Shown: in pieces, positions 50,721-63,930 of the stretch | Layout of the letters: each line of letters opens with the position of its first letter | How positions within the stretch are numbered: position 1 is the first letter of the stretch | NCBI RefSeq assembly: GCF_001194135.2 | Contig: NC_068986.1 | Coordinates: 89,894,497-89,958,426 of the forward strand | DNA: 63,930 nucleotides | Reading direction: 5' to 3' | From: Octopus bimaculoides | Taxonomy: Eukaryota | The notes under the pieces: model-generated | Databases searched by the model: none | What the model was told of the DNA's origin: nothing | The model's input: only the letters and a program-made list of their open reading frames with translations | Translations under genes and position numbers: made by a program

Positions 50721-53700
50721 CCAGTTTTAGCAAAATGTTTTTGCTTTTTTTAATAATAATAACACGTCAAAGAATAAATAAATAATCCTTATTTTGTTTA
50801 TTTATTTATTTCATAATACCACAAAATATGAAATTTTCGAATGATGTAACGATGCTCATCACATGAACATTAGCGAAGTACAGTTAACAGTTGTTCCGTG
50901 CTTAATAAAATTAACACGGAGTCTGCTACAAACGAAGTATTTCTTACATACACTTGAATTCGTATATTTACATGTTTATGTGAAACAATTACAGACTTAC
51001 ACATGGGGCTTACATATCTTTCTCTAGAGTGTTAATAACATAAGTGACAATGGGGGCGGGTGTCTTCACTGATTCGGAAATGATCTGCAGATTAATTTAA
51101 TTTTATGGAGTGAGAGACACGGCCGGAGTTCTTAACCTAATAGAAAGAGAGATCAAAAGTAAAGTCGAACCTTTGTATTTCACATTTGACTAAATACCGT
51201 AAGATAGCTTTATCTGGCGTAGGAACCAGGACCGGATGAAACTAGTCTTCAGTCTGTTGCAATGGAAACCTATANNNNNNNNNNTTAAGTCGACCCCAAA
51301 ATTAGAAAGAACTACTTTGTGAAATTATAATTATTTTTTATGGATCTACCTTCTTATTTGAAGAACAAATGTATATCAATCAGCTAGCACGATATGATGG
51401 AGAAGGATACGTCGATCGAGATTGGTTTTCTCAGATATGTATTTCGCCGAACAGTTGAATTTATAATTTTATTTTATGGATCCAACCGCGTATTTCAAAG
51501 CTTCATTGTAATTCGATGAGCTGACTTGGGAAGGATGTGATCGAAATTAATATAAACGTTTCATTATTACTGTATACGATTTATTTTACTTTCAAATATG
51601 ATGTTTACTCGCTAGTCGAAGTGTTTGACACATTTAGAATGCTAACCCAGAAAGTGAAGGGCTTAGATGCTCTAAATTATGTGACCAATCTGTATAAGTG
51701 GACTTTTTTCTCTAAAACTTCCTAATTTCGTTCTAAAGCAAACCTAAGAACACAGACTAAATGCTACAGCAGTATACCGATACGTAATGAAGGATCTGCT
51801 GCGATGAACCTTAAAATGACAACGTAAACAAACGAAATATTTTTTATTAACTTGTAGAACAGAGGCAGTGACCATTATCCAATTTCCCAGACATGCGAGA
51901 ACAGTAATGGTTCATGTTCTCTTTAAATCTTTATATTTGGACGTCGATAACACTCGAGCCATGAATTTACATTTCATTTACCGTTGATACAAACATGTTT
52001 GTTTTCCTGTTTACGCTCAATAGCAAAGGGAGGTAAAGGTCAGAAAGGGAGCTAACTCGAGACACACCTATTTTAAAGTGATTTCCCTTTGACTATGATG
52101 AACCACAAGTAACTATTTGATTTGTAATGGGAAAACAAATTGGATTTTGTATTATTAATTTTAATGAGTATTTGAAATTGTGACACAAACTCGAATTTAA
52201 CTGACGTCTACAACTATTGTAAAATAATCCTTTTATTTTATTATTTAATCTAAAGTCTAAATTTGGAAACATTTTGCATTAATGTTATGATGAAGGTGAC
52301 GATTACTGTATCCACAGTAGAACGATGGAAAGCACAGAAATATTGCAATCTGACGGAAAAGAAGAATTTTTTAGATGTGGCTTTTGAAACGTTCAAGAGA
52401 AGCTGGACCGCTAACCGAAAGATTTTTTAATTCGTTAACGTCCCATCACGCTGATTTCTGGAGGGTGCCTGGCTGTAGTAGATTTTCGACCTTACAATGC
52501 CCCCAGTAATAGTGCCCTGGATTTTTTTGAGCACCCTTAAAATTTTTTAAAGGGAGACTCCATTGTCCCTTGTGTTGTAAAATTTCATTTATTGATTCAT
52601 TTTCCTTTTTTGATTTCGTATATTTGGGAGGTCATTACGCCAATGATAAACACGCATTAATTCTATCTAACTTTTTTATTATTTGTCAAATTAGTTAAAC
52701 ATTCAACCAGTTAACTAACTGTTCAATCAATAGTTCTATAAATTAATCAATCAAGTTTGTTAAAGAACTTTCACCGCCATTCGCGCCTTATCAATAACAT
52801 CTTTTTTTATCACTTTCTTGCTGTTTACTTTCGTAAATTGTTATGTAATTATTTTCCTCCACTACATTAGCCCTAGAGTACCAATGGTTCTTACAGACTT
52901 CGATAGGAATTAAATTTAGAAATAGGAAACGCCAAAATTCTGCCCCTTCCTCAACTACCCATTCTATTTATATCCAGCTTAATCTTGTATAACAAAATTT
53001 TTCTTTTTTTTTTTTTAATATCGGAATTAATGTAAATTCTGAATGGCACAAGTGGCTTGAGCTGAGACCATGTATTTTAACTAACATAATTACATAATGA
53101 AAAGATCGTCTTAGGTCATTTAAAAGCAAAAACTATCAGTGGAACTATGTCAGTGAGCAAATTGTAATGAAGTGACAAAAATTTCTGCAGCTCATGAATT
53201 AAATGAAAAGTGAATTTAACAGTAAATTCCATTCATAGAAAATCAAAATAAGTATCTTGTGTTCTAAAAGACCATATCCGAGTTCTCTTTTAAGTGGGGA
53301 TCAATATTATCTTTTGGTATTTATACTGCTTCTGTCACTTCAAATTATATTTTAGTTGGCCCACTGATTATTTGCAACACCAGTGCCTCATTAGGCACTG
53401 TGATTCTCTGTAAATCGCTAACTGGAACATCACTTCTATCTCCTGCAGTCGGGTATCTACCATTAACAAGGCGAGAGAAGGCTGAATTCACATGACCTGG
53501 TAGTCAAGGCATTGACGGTGACACTGATTTGTCTCCCACTAATGATGTAAACATGAGTGCTTATATGCACCAAAAGACCATACAAGGGGTTTCTTCACAG
53601 TAAACAGGGCAGTATTCTGTGTTCTAACACAACATCCACTTTTAAGTGGGGATACAACTTACCTTTTGGTATTAATATTGTTTCTGTCATCACTAATTAT

Positions 53701-53732
53701 TTTTTAGCAAGCCCACTGACTATTGAAGAAAC

Positions 53733-55830
53733 TATTATTATTATTATTATTATGAACTAGTCTTATTTTCATCATGTGCTCTCACTGTACTATTGAGCAG
53801 AGCTCTGTGTACCTTGGCTATGTGCTGTGGTTTGTTTTGGTGCTCTTATTTTCACTGTATTGAAACTACTTTATGTAGGGTGTGTGCAGTGCCTAGTAGT
53901 GCTATTTTCTATATGTTATATATATTTGTAAGTCTGGGTGTTTTGGTTATGTATTTGTGTGTAATTTTTTAATCATACCTAATGTATCTATTATTATAGG
54001 GATTGTTTCTATTTTTAGGCTGCCCATTTAGTTTATCTCTGTTTCCAAATCTTTGTATTTTGAGAGTTCTGTCATTTCTTCCAGAGACACATTGTCATCT
54101 GTAAGGATTGATATGGTATTTTTTTTTCTTAGTCATTTCTAAGAACTAAATCTGGTCTATTAGCTTTGATCTCTATCTGTTTATTGGCATATTCCAGAGT
54201 ATGGTTGCTTTGTCATTTTCTGAGACCTTTTCTGGGCTATGTCTATACCATCTCTTTTCTGTTGTCATCCCATAGCTTCCAGTGTATATAGGTCCCAACT
54301 CTGTCATGTTTACGGATATATTCCCTCTTAGCCAGGACTGGGCAGCCAGAAACAATATGACTTATTTCTTCACCATCACCACATATTCTGTAGTTACTTA
54401 ATGTATATTTCTTCTGTATGTGCTTTTGGTGGTTTCTGGTGAGGAGGCTTTCATCTTGTGCCACAATTCAAAACTATTCAGTCTCTGCAGTGAGTCCTGA
54501 GCTTCTCAACCAATGTTGGCGTTTTACTTTGTCTATTTCTTTTCTGTTTAGCTTATCCTAGGATTTGCCATGTAAGAGATTTTCTTACTATTGATTTATC
54601 ATGGGTATTTTGTAGTTCCAGTTTTGTTGTTTCTTTTTTTCCTTCATAGTTGTCTGGTATTATGACCTCTTTCTTGTATTTTCAGCTTCCTTGAAGATAG
54701 AAAACTGCTTTTTGTTTTGCTCATGCTTTGTAACTTCTTGCACCAGTTTTTCTCAGTTCTGAGTCAGATATCTCTGTTATGCTATGGTGAATATTTTATA
54801 GTAATTTTCTAGTTGTATATGACCTCTACCACCTTCAATTCATTGTATATATAACCTTTCTATGTTGGATTTTGGATGCTGTATTCTAAATTCTGCCATT
54901 ATTTTTCTTGTTTTCTTGTCTAGATTGGTTTGTTCATTTAGTGTCCAGTTAAGAATATTGTTGCTGTAACTTATAATTGGAACAGCTAGAATATTAATAC
55001 TTATTATTTTGTTTTTCAGATTGAGTTCTGTTTTAAGTATTAATCCAACTCATCTATAGTATTCCTTCATTATCTTCCCTTTTATTTGTATATGTTGTAC
55101 TGTGCCTAGTTCATAAACTCCTAAGGCTTTGGGTGCAGTTTTCTTATTTAATTTTCTTTATCTAGTGTAATATTGTTACTCTTTACTAGTTTTCATCTTC
55201 TGAGAGTTGCTTTAGTAAATTTTTCAAAGCCAGATTTCGTATTTATTTCTTTGGTAAATCCAGGCGCTGTCTGTAGTAATGCTTCCAGTTGTTTATCATT
55301 TGCAGTTTTAGGTTGTCCTTATGCAAGAGATGGTTGATTGGTTTAGCACACAGTTGTAACCAAATCCAGTTCTGCCAAACATATCAGTTAAATATATTGT
55401 TGCCAAACAGAAAGGAAGTGTAGAGAGCAAATCTCCTTGGAATATTCCTCTTCTAATGGGGTTGGCTTTAATTTTTATAATTCCTTCTTTTGCCTGTAGC
55501 TGCAGAACTGTTTACCATTTATTCATAACATGTTTTATATATTTTAATATTGTTGGTGCTACCTTGTTCATAGCTAATGTTCTCAGGATCCATGTATTGG
55601 GAATATTATCAAAAGTTTTCCAGTAATCAATCCAGGTTAGACCCTTCTTTTTCTTTCAGCAGTCTTCGCTTATTACCTTATCGATCAATAGCTGATCTTT
55701 ACAGTTATATGAGCCTTTGTTGCATCCCTTCTGCTCTTCTGAAAACAGGTTGTTTTCTTCTAGATGTTTGCCCATCCTCTGCAATTTCATTGCAGTTACT
55801 AATATTTAACTTAGCAGAATTGTTAGCATG
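53733..55830 (-). mobile_element. Decayed R4/Dong-like (RLE-type) non-LTR retrotransposon, 3' about 2.1 kb
   Basis: RT remnants (RGIFQGD; YMDDLK degenerated to HKDNLK), CCHC knuckle CRICGDGEEISHIVSGC, RLE motif REIKANRPDLV...KYKDL, and a (TAA)7 tail. Many stops and frameshifts. Confidence 0.85.
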
Positions 55831-57034
55831 CTGGAAAAAATGCTCAGCAGCATTTTGTCCATCTTTTCGTTGAGTTCAAATTCCACCGAGGTTGAAACAA
55901 ATACTAGTCGATCACTGGAACTGATGTAATCGACTTCCCCACACACCCAAATTGCTGGCCTTGTGCCAAAATTAGAAAGAAAATATTATTATTATTTTAT
56001 GATGAAAGTAAACAAACAGAGCTGTGAGTTCGAGTCTCATGGCTGGCCAGTAACATATTTTTCTGCAATAAATGGATAATTTATCCTGATCACGCTATTT
56101 ATAACATTATCACATGTTTGAGAAATAAATTTATTTCTGTATCTTATTATTATTATTATTATTTCAACAATTGCAGCGTGGAAGGTGTTTATAAGCCATT
56201 TAAGAAACACACAAAAACCGTTAGATTCACTTCAACATTTAAATTTCATTTGCCAGAATTAAAATATTTTGGCAAATTAAATTTAAATGTTGAAGTGAAT
56301 CTAATGGTTTTTGTGTGTTTCTTAAATGGCTTATAAACACCTTCCACGCTGCAGTTGTTTTTGTTCCAGCACACGATCTCAGATCAGGTCACATGCTATG
56401 CAAGTACACCTCCATTATTATTTCAAGTTTTTTCTGAAAATAGCTTCATTTCGTTTCGCTTATCGTCATCATCACATTCTTTCCATTCAGTCACCCTTTC
56501 CTTCTTTCTGTCTACATTTAACTTCTATCATGTTTTCACCTTTTCTTTCTGTTTCCTTTCTGACATCCTCCCCACCACCTACTTCCAATCTCCAGCCCCC
56601 ACTTAATGAGTCAAAGAACGCTGTTGATGTAAGTATTTGATTTTTATCCCGAACCAATAATTCAATTATTCCTAACGATTCACTTTAGCAACTTAATGAA
56701 TTCAACTTCAAAATTACCATCCCACTCCAACCACTGACACAAATACACACACACACAGCCACACACACACACACATGGACACAAACACACATATACACAC
56801 ATGAGACAGACTCAAGGCAGACCTTGAAGAGAGACGGTGTCATTGATTAGGTTGCAAATAGCAGTGAAAGGACTTTCACAAACAAACAACTAATTGATTG
56901 CTTAACAAACCCACTAAACAAACAAACAATTGATTAGTTAGTTGCTGAGATATTTAACCAATTGACTAACAATAAGGAAGTGATATTGAACCAGTACTTG
57001 TGTTTATTATTATTATTATTATTGCTTCGTGCAG

Positions 57035-57245
57035 AAGGTAGCAAGCTGGCAGAGTCGTTAGCATGCCAGGTGAAATGCTTTGCAGTATTTTGTTTGTCTT
57101 TACGTTCTGAGTTCAAATTCCACTGAGGTTAACTTTGCCTTTCATCCTTTCGAGTTCGATAAATTAAGTACCAGTTGCGTACTGAAGTTGATCTAATCAA
57201 CTGGCTCCCTTCCTCAAAATTTCAGGCCTTGTGCCTAGATTAGAA
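57035..57245 (+). mobile_element. Family B-related SINE (variant 3' end)
   Basis: Same head and core as family B, with tail GGCCTTGTGCCTAGATTAGAAAG. Confidence 0.7.
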
Positions 57246-57477
57246 AGGATTATTACTTCATGCAGGACAACAGCATTTATCTTCCTGGATTCACTTACAA
57301 AGAAGCAGGGCAGCACAGATAAGCTACCCCTACCATAGCTAAGAATCAATCCCTGCCACTTCCTAAGCAGAGTTTCTGACAAGAATTTGGGCCCCATCAC
57401 TGCTGAAGTGGTCTTACATTCTGTTTGTTTACCATCTCAAATATTTTTATGTTTCCCATGCAATAAGTATCAGTTGG

Positions 57478-57714
57478 TGTGGAGGCGCAATGGCCCAGTG
57501 GTTAAGGCAGCAGACTCGTGGTCATAGGATCGCGGTTTCGATTCCCAGACAAGGCGTTGTGAGTGTTTATTGAGCGAAAACACCTAAAGCTCCACGAGGC
57601 TCCAGCAGGGGATGGTGGCGAACCCTGCTGTACTCTTCCACCACAACTTTCGCTCACTCTTACTTCCTGTTTCTGTTGTGTCTGTAATTCAAAGGGTCAG
57701 CCTTGTCACACTGT
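57478..57714 (+). mobile_element. Family A SINE, 3'-truncated
   Basis: Same head and body as 32688-33084. Confidence 0.8.
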
Positions 57715-58479
57715 GTGGTACATGAGTTTAGTAACCAAGTTTTTGGTTATTAAACTCATGTACCCACCATGCCACTACTACTACTACCACCACCACTACC
57801 ACTACCACCACCACCACCACTACTACTACTACTACTACCACCACTGTGGTGCTGCTGCTGCCACCACCATAAACACACAAATAAACATACAAACACATGC
57901 ACTCACACACCTGTTGGCACATGCACATATGCACACATATACATACACATGCTCACAAACACATATGTATACACATACACACACATTCCAGCTATTCTAT
58001 CTCACATTGCATAGTGAGGTTTCAATGGCTGTAATATTGTAACGGTGAGCGTTCATTGCAGGAGAGTCACAAACCTGAACAGATCAATAATCAATAAGTG
58101 TTTTAGAGAGAGACAGTGTGGAAGGAAAAGAGGGGAGACTGGTGTTCTTACTTTTCTGTTGATTAGAGTTAGCTTAATTAGAGTTAGCTTAACTATTACG
58201 GCTTCAGTTTTGGGGTAACAATGGCAGAGACTAACTACTATAACGACTGTAACAGAGACAACAGCAACAACAATAACAACAACAGTAACTGCAATAGTCA
58301 AAAACAAGAAGAAGCTGGGAATGACATTGCTATGAATTTACTTGAGCTGTTAGATATAGCTACTAAATCTCCCTCAAATCTCTCCCTATCATCAGGTAAT
58401 GAGGTCTTAGATTTACTCTAAAAACCTGAGTTGGTCATGTTTGGAGTGGCTTGATCATAGGTATGTTAAATCAGGATAG

Positions 58480-58630
58480 AGGGAGTGGTTGGTGACAGCT
58501 GTAGAAGCCTTGTACAGGGATGCTACCAGTAAGGTGAGGGTGGGCAACGAGTACAGCAAAGAATTCAGGGTACTTGTAGGGGTTTATCAAGAATTGGTGC
58601 TCAGCCCCCTCTAGTTCATCATAACAGAGG
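58480..58630 (+). mobile_element. RTE-type RT fragment
   Basis: EWLVTAVEALYRDATSKVRVGNEYSKEFRVLVGVYQ...LSPL resembles the RT ...GVHQGSVLSP motif. Confidence 0.7.
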
Positions 58631-58687
58631 AATTCAAGACAATAATGGTACACATACACACACACATCATCATCATCATCAATTCAT

Positions 58688-58818
58688 ATGTTGTTGTTGG
58701 CACTCCGTCGTTTACGACGTTGAGGGTTCCAGTTGATCCGATCAACGGAACAGCCTGCTCGTGAAATTAACGTGCAAGTGGCTGAGCACTCCACAGACAC
58801 GTGTACCCTTAACGTAGT
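58688..58818 (-). mobile_element. Family A SINE, 3' fragment
   Basis: Reverse complement of the 3' end (…GACGGAGTGCCAACAAC). Confidence 0.78.
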
Positions 58819-59065
58819 TAATGCTACAATATATAGAACTACATACAGTTACTTAAATATCAAATTGTACAAGGACTTTATAATGACATTGTATATTTTT
58901 GCATTTACCAATCTTTGTACTTTGATTAATAATTCAGAACAATAGGATTGCAATGATGTGACAGCAGCAAAAATGTGATAGTTTGTTCTTTTTATTCCTT
59001 GTTTGTTTTATGTCAGTTTTTCCATACCAGCATGAGTTAGCTGAATACAATACTCTTTTATACTC

Positions 59066-59262
59066 TAGGCACAAGGCCTGAAATTTTGAGGGAGGTGGGC
59101 CAGTTGATTAGATCGACCTCAGTATGCAACTGGTACTTAATTTATTGACTCCAAAAGGATGAAAGGCAAAGTCGACCTCAGCAGAATTTGAACTCAGAAC
59201 GTAAAGACAGACAAAATACCACTAAGCATTTCACCCGGCATGCTAACATTTCTGCCAGCTTG
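59066..59262 (-). mobile_element. Family B-related SINE
   Basis: Reverse complement of 57035-57245. Confidence 0.7.
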
Positions 59263-59677
59263 CTTCCTTAGGCTGATTACAATATTGTTGAGGCATTAAT
59301 TTTTACAGTGTTGGCTGCCCTACTTGTTGCTAAACTTACATGCTTTTTGAGTAAGAAAATTTTCATTCCACTGGTCTTTGAAAGTGCAGAGCAACCAAAA
59401 TATCTGTCAACAGGGAAATATTAACAACATTACTCTTTGTAGTTTAGCAATATTTTGAAAATGCTCAGTCAGATATTCATGTACCCTTGCATACACATTG
59501 TATATATTTTTATACATACATGTGTTCTTACATACATCCCAACCACATGGTTCTGGGTTCAGTCCTACTGCATGGCACCTTGGGAAAGTGTCTTCTACTA
59601 TAACCCCAGGTTGACCAAAGCCTTACAGGTGTGTTTTGTAGATGGAAACTGGAAGCTCATTGTGTGTGTGTATAGTG

Positions 59678-59800
59678 AAGTGCAATGGCCCAGTGGTTAG
59701 GGCAGCAGACTCACAGTCATAGGATCACGGTTTCAATACCCAGACCAGGCGTTGTGAGTGTTTATTGAGCGAAAACACCTAAAGCTCCATGAGGCTCCAT
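59678..59800 (+). mobile_element. Family A SINE, 5' fragment
   Basis: GCAATGGCCCAGTGGTTAGGGCAGCAGACTC... head. Confidence 0.75.
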
Positions 59801-60409
59801 GCAACATCATTATTCCTCCCTGTGCCTGTGAAATCTTGTATCCCAGCTGTAAGGCCTTATTTCCATACACACCTGCTTAATTTAATTCACCTGTTGTTTT
59901 GTCCTGTTATTATTCTTACTGTATTTGTATAACATTGTTCGTTTTTTTCCGTCCTTGGTTTTGTATACATTCGCTGCTTTCTTCCAAGAAATCTAATGCT
60001 CTTAGTTTAGTTTTTCCTTGGGGCTGACCAGATTGGAGCAATATCGAGAATAACCAGCTGAAATTGCAAGGATAATCTGGATCTCAACTGAAGAAAGAAA
60101 ACTCCGAATGACCTGTCCGTGTTTTCTTTGTATCGTCTATCTGGATGTTTTGTCTCTTTCATGTATCACCTAACTGCCTGGATGTTTTGCGTTCTTGTCC
60201 CATTTTGTATTATGTGTATATATATATATATATATATATANNNNNNNNNNTATGGGAGAATATACAAATAATAACAACAGACGAGGACAGGTGGTGTAAA
60301 TAACAAAAGGATATATTAGTATGACGCTCGGGAATACGGAAAGTCTTTGACATTTCGAGCTACGCTCTTCAACAGAAAGAATACGGAGACAAGGAGAAAA
60401 ACACGGAGA

Positions 60410-60440
<31 letters not shown>

Positions 60441-60682
60441 TATAGTGGCATATGTACACCTTGTCTCTTATATATATATATATATATCATTATCATCATT
60501 GTCATTTAACATCTGTTTTCCATGCTGGCATGGGTTGGACAGTTTTACAGGAGCTGACCAGTAGAAGGGCTGTTCAGACTCCTTGTCTATTTTGGCATAC
60601 ATACATGCATACCTATATATGTATATTCTTTTACCTTTTTACTTCTTTCAGTCATTTGACTGCGACCATGCTGGAGCACCAC

Positions 60683-60717
<35 letters not shown>

Positions 60718-61073
60718 CATGGAAGGTGGAAGTTAAACATATATGTAAATATATATACATGTATACATACACAGACACACATGTATGTGTGTGTGCGTGT
60801 GTGTATGTACATATGTAGGTATATGCCTATCTCCATACGTGTGTGTCTTTATGTTTTTGTTGCCCATCACTGCTTGATAACCGATGTTGGTTTGTTTACA
60901 TCCCCATGACTTAAAGTATCAAACTTTAAAAAAGATAAGTACTGGGGGCTATTTGTTTGACTAAAATCTTTCAAGATGCAGCCTCTACTTGGCTGCAGTT
61001 AAATGACTGAAACGAGATGAAAGATACATACATACATACATACATACATACTTACATACATACATACACACAC

Positions 61074-61104
<31 letters not shown>

Positions 61105-62550
61105 TAAATACATGCAGCACATACATACACACATAGGAGAATCTGGATAAACTGAGATTTTCAGAAAGAGAAATTGACCGGCTAATTCATACATTACAAG
61201 TACAATCTGTGAGTTGAACAGTAAAAATATGCAAGACTTTTCTCAAGTTCCAAATGTGAATTTGTCTGTGTTAATTACATCCCAAGAATGGAGCCTTGTA
61301 TCTTTGTTGGAAGCCGGCTCCCTCCTCAGTGGAAGATTTCTAATAATTAAAAAAATAGAAGAGACATACATACATGCATACATTCACACACACACACGCA
61401 CATATGTACATACATGCATACAGAGTCTTGGATCTCAGAAGCCAGCTCTTTCTCTATTGGCAAGAAATCTTGAAATTAAACACTGAATAATGACATACAT
61501 ATGTGCATGCATACATTCATACATACATACATACATACTTACATACATGCATACATACAAGATGATCATAACTAAAACATTGAATTTTTCCATTCATTAA
61601 TCTTTGGTCCATTGCAAAGTAACGGTGGATTCCTGACACTTCCAAGTCATTATTTTAATTTAGATTAAATCTCAGAAATAGTAAAAAAGAATATTTTCTT
61701 ATGCTAGAATATTTAATCCGTGCAAGTGAGAGGTATCAACTGGTCATCATACAAAACACAACCTTAATGACTGTGCTTTGTATAATACAGCAGACCAGTG
61801 CAGGTATGGCTGTGGGTAAGAAGTTCAGTATGTAACCATGTGATTTGGGGTTCAACCCCACTTAGTAACATCTTAGCCAAGTGTCTTTTACCATAGTTCA
61901 AGTAGCTACTTTTGCATGAGCAGAACATGATTGCTAGTAATGCAACACTGCTATCATTCCAGATAAGCTGATTTGAACTCGTGCAAATACTAGACATAAC
62001 CTCATGCAAATACTAGACATAGTAGTCAAATATCCTTCAAATCACACTCTACCGAGTTTTAAAATAAGCTCAGAATAATGTATTTCTAGATACAGTATGT
62101 CTGAAAAAGAAAAACAAAAAAAAAAAGGACAATACTAATGGCTTAGTCACCTTTGACCTCAAATCTGCTTGATCAGGGTTTACATGAGGCTAGAAAACAA
62201 TATGATATATCTATATTTTTAATGATATCCTATTGTTTTAGACAGAAGCAACGTTCAGGGATATCATGAATGGGGGGGGGGACAAGAAAATAGACATAAT
62301 TGTATTGTTTTCAGAAAGAAAGAAAGGAAATGCTAAAAATTTAAATGCAAAAGTTCCATTGTAAATTAGTTATAGAAACACAAGATAACTAGTAACTGGA
62401 ATTGTTAACCGAGATTTATAGAACTAAAAAAAACCACACGTTTAATTGTTAAGTGGATGTAACAGAGACGAGTTAAGTTTCAGCTTTGTTCAATAATAGT
62501 TCTGATAACAAATAGTAAAACAAGAGTCTCGCAACAAGTCATATGTCTAA

Positions 62551-62594
62551 GTCACGTGACTCAACCCGGAAGTTGTTGGTTAATAAAATGGCGG
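62551..62594 (+). promoter_or_regulatory. UBE2Z promoter: GTCACGTGAC E-box (62551-62560), CCGGAAGT ETS (62566-62573), AAAATGGCGG YY1-like at the start codon
   Basis: Consensus motifs lie directly upstream of and overlapping the ATG. Confidence 0.7.
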
Positions 62595-62736
62595 TTGCTA
62601 GCTCTGATGACTCTTCCAACTTTTTTGTGGCCGAAGACATGCTCGCACACTCCAACAGTTCAAATTGGGACCCCTGTCACAGCAAAGATTGGGATAAAGA
62701 GAAACCAACGCCCCAGTGTATTCTTCGGATAAAGAG
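62588..62736 (+). CDS. UBE2Z: Ubiquitin-conjugating enzyme E2 Z (USE1), first coding exon; the rest of the gene is beyond the window
   Basis: MAVASSDD...NWDPCHSKDWDKEKPTPQCILRIKR matches recalled human UBE2Z [25 protein letters not shown]. The ATG is in AAAATGGCGG context and the donor is AG|GTACCA (phase 2). Confidence 0.88.
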
Positions 62737-63154
62737 GTACCACATACTTTTCATCCTATTCAGTTCCCTCCTGTCTTCCTCTCTCTCTTCTTTACTTTCG
62801 TTTTTACTGTTTATTTATATTTACCGAAAAAAGACGAAAGAATTGCGTCTAGCTTTTTTTAAAGTATCGGATGATGTGCCGTCTTAGTTGGATAATTGTT
62901 TAGTTTCGATCATCAAATTTATATAAATGTGACTAACCATTTAAGAACAGATTATGCGAAATGGGGGGAATATTGTTAAAATGAAATAATTTTTACAGTA
63001 ATTTTTGATTTAGTTATAGAGAGGAATACTTTTTTGTCACTTGCGTAGTTCAAACGTATCTCACACACACACACATATATTTTATATATTACATTTATTG
63101 TATATATATATATTACAGTTATAATTTGTATAAATATAATTTGCATGTGTAATA

Positions 63155-63205
<51 letters not shown>

Positions 63206-63430
63206 CCTCGTTCAGAGATTTAACATTGCTTATAAATATATAGTTTTAGGGAAAAGAACCAAGGTTCATGAACTCATCGATGAAAATCCACTGTCACATA
63301 TAGAAAAATTAATAATTAAAAGCACAATAAATGAGTATAATATACTACAAAGTAAATATCATAAGATAAAGATAATATACATACACACACATGCACATTG
63401 TGTGTGTATATATACACATACACTCACAAA

Positions 63431-63474
<44 letters not shown>

Positions 63475-63930
63475 ACTTGGGGATGGTCATATTGCCAGTT
63501 TAGCCAATAAAAACACACGCACTGTATATTTGGTGTTAATTTNNNNNNNNNNTTAATCTTAATCTTAATCTTAATCTTATTTCGGCCAGAGTTCTTTCGT
63601 CACACTTCTGTGACCTCATCAGTGGTCCTTTGTTTCCTTCTTTCTTATGTGTGTCTCACCTTGCTAACTATCAGCCATTTTGTATATATATATATATATA
63701 TATATACTTGAAGTTGGCGATTTGTATATAGCCATGCAAATTTAAGAAATTAGCTTAAAATGTGCAATTTTCTATTCAGCTACAGTGTTGTCATTTTTTT
63801 TCCCCTTACGTCACGCATACACAGACACACTGTGTCGCAGTGTATTTATATGGTCTATTTACTTATCATTTCTTTTTATTTTGTTCTCACCTGTCAACAA
63901 AGAGTACTTGTTATTGTTGCTAACCTACTT

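Noticed and set aside
60348-60375. Minus-strand CTGTTGAAGAGCGTAGCTCGAAATGTC in a Penelope-like tail region
   Set aside because: The core does not match CUGANGA, and the flanks are direct repeats rather than complementary.

Overview
This is AT-rich, microsatellite-dense eukaryotic DNA with about 13 assembly gaps. The repeat landscape points to an octopus or other coleoid cephalopod scaffold (inference). Two protein-coding genes are well supported. (1) A complete 7-exon ZFP64-like C2H2 zinc-finger gene lies on the minus strand (CDS 50602 to 26857). I reconstructed it by hand: all introns are GT-AG and phase-consistent, and it totals 4026 nt, or 1341 aa plus stop. (2) The first coding exon of UBE2Z lies on the plus strand (62588-62736), diverging about 12 kb away. 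Both promoters share an E-box + ETS + YY1-like grammar, and ZFP64 carries a closed 9-codon uORF. The rest is mostly mobile DNA: a structurally complete but internally deleted Ty3/Gypsy element (both LTRs, TSD, PBS, PPT, nested SINE), four SINE-like families, R4/Dong-like, RTE and I-group LINE fragments, and MITE/foldback elements. Unexplained items include a perfect 33-bp hairpin, a CRE-bearing minisatellite, hammerhead-like cores and a possible unannotated minus-strand gene near 16 kb. Most ORF-track entries are microsatellite or gap artefacts. There is no CRISPR, rRNA or true tRNA gene, and I cannot claim a wholly new system. All homology calls come from recall, not database searches.
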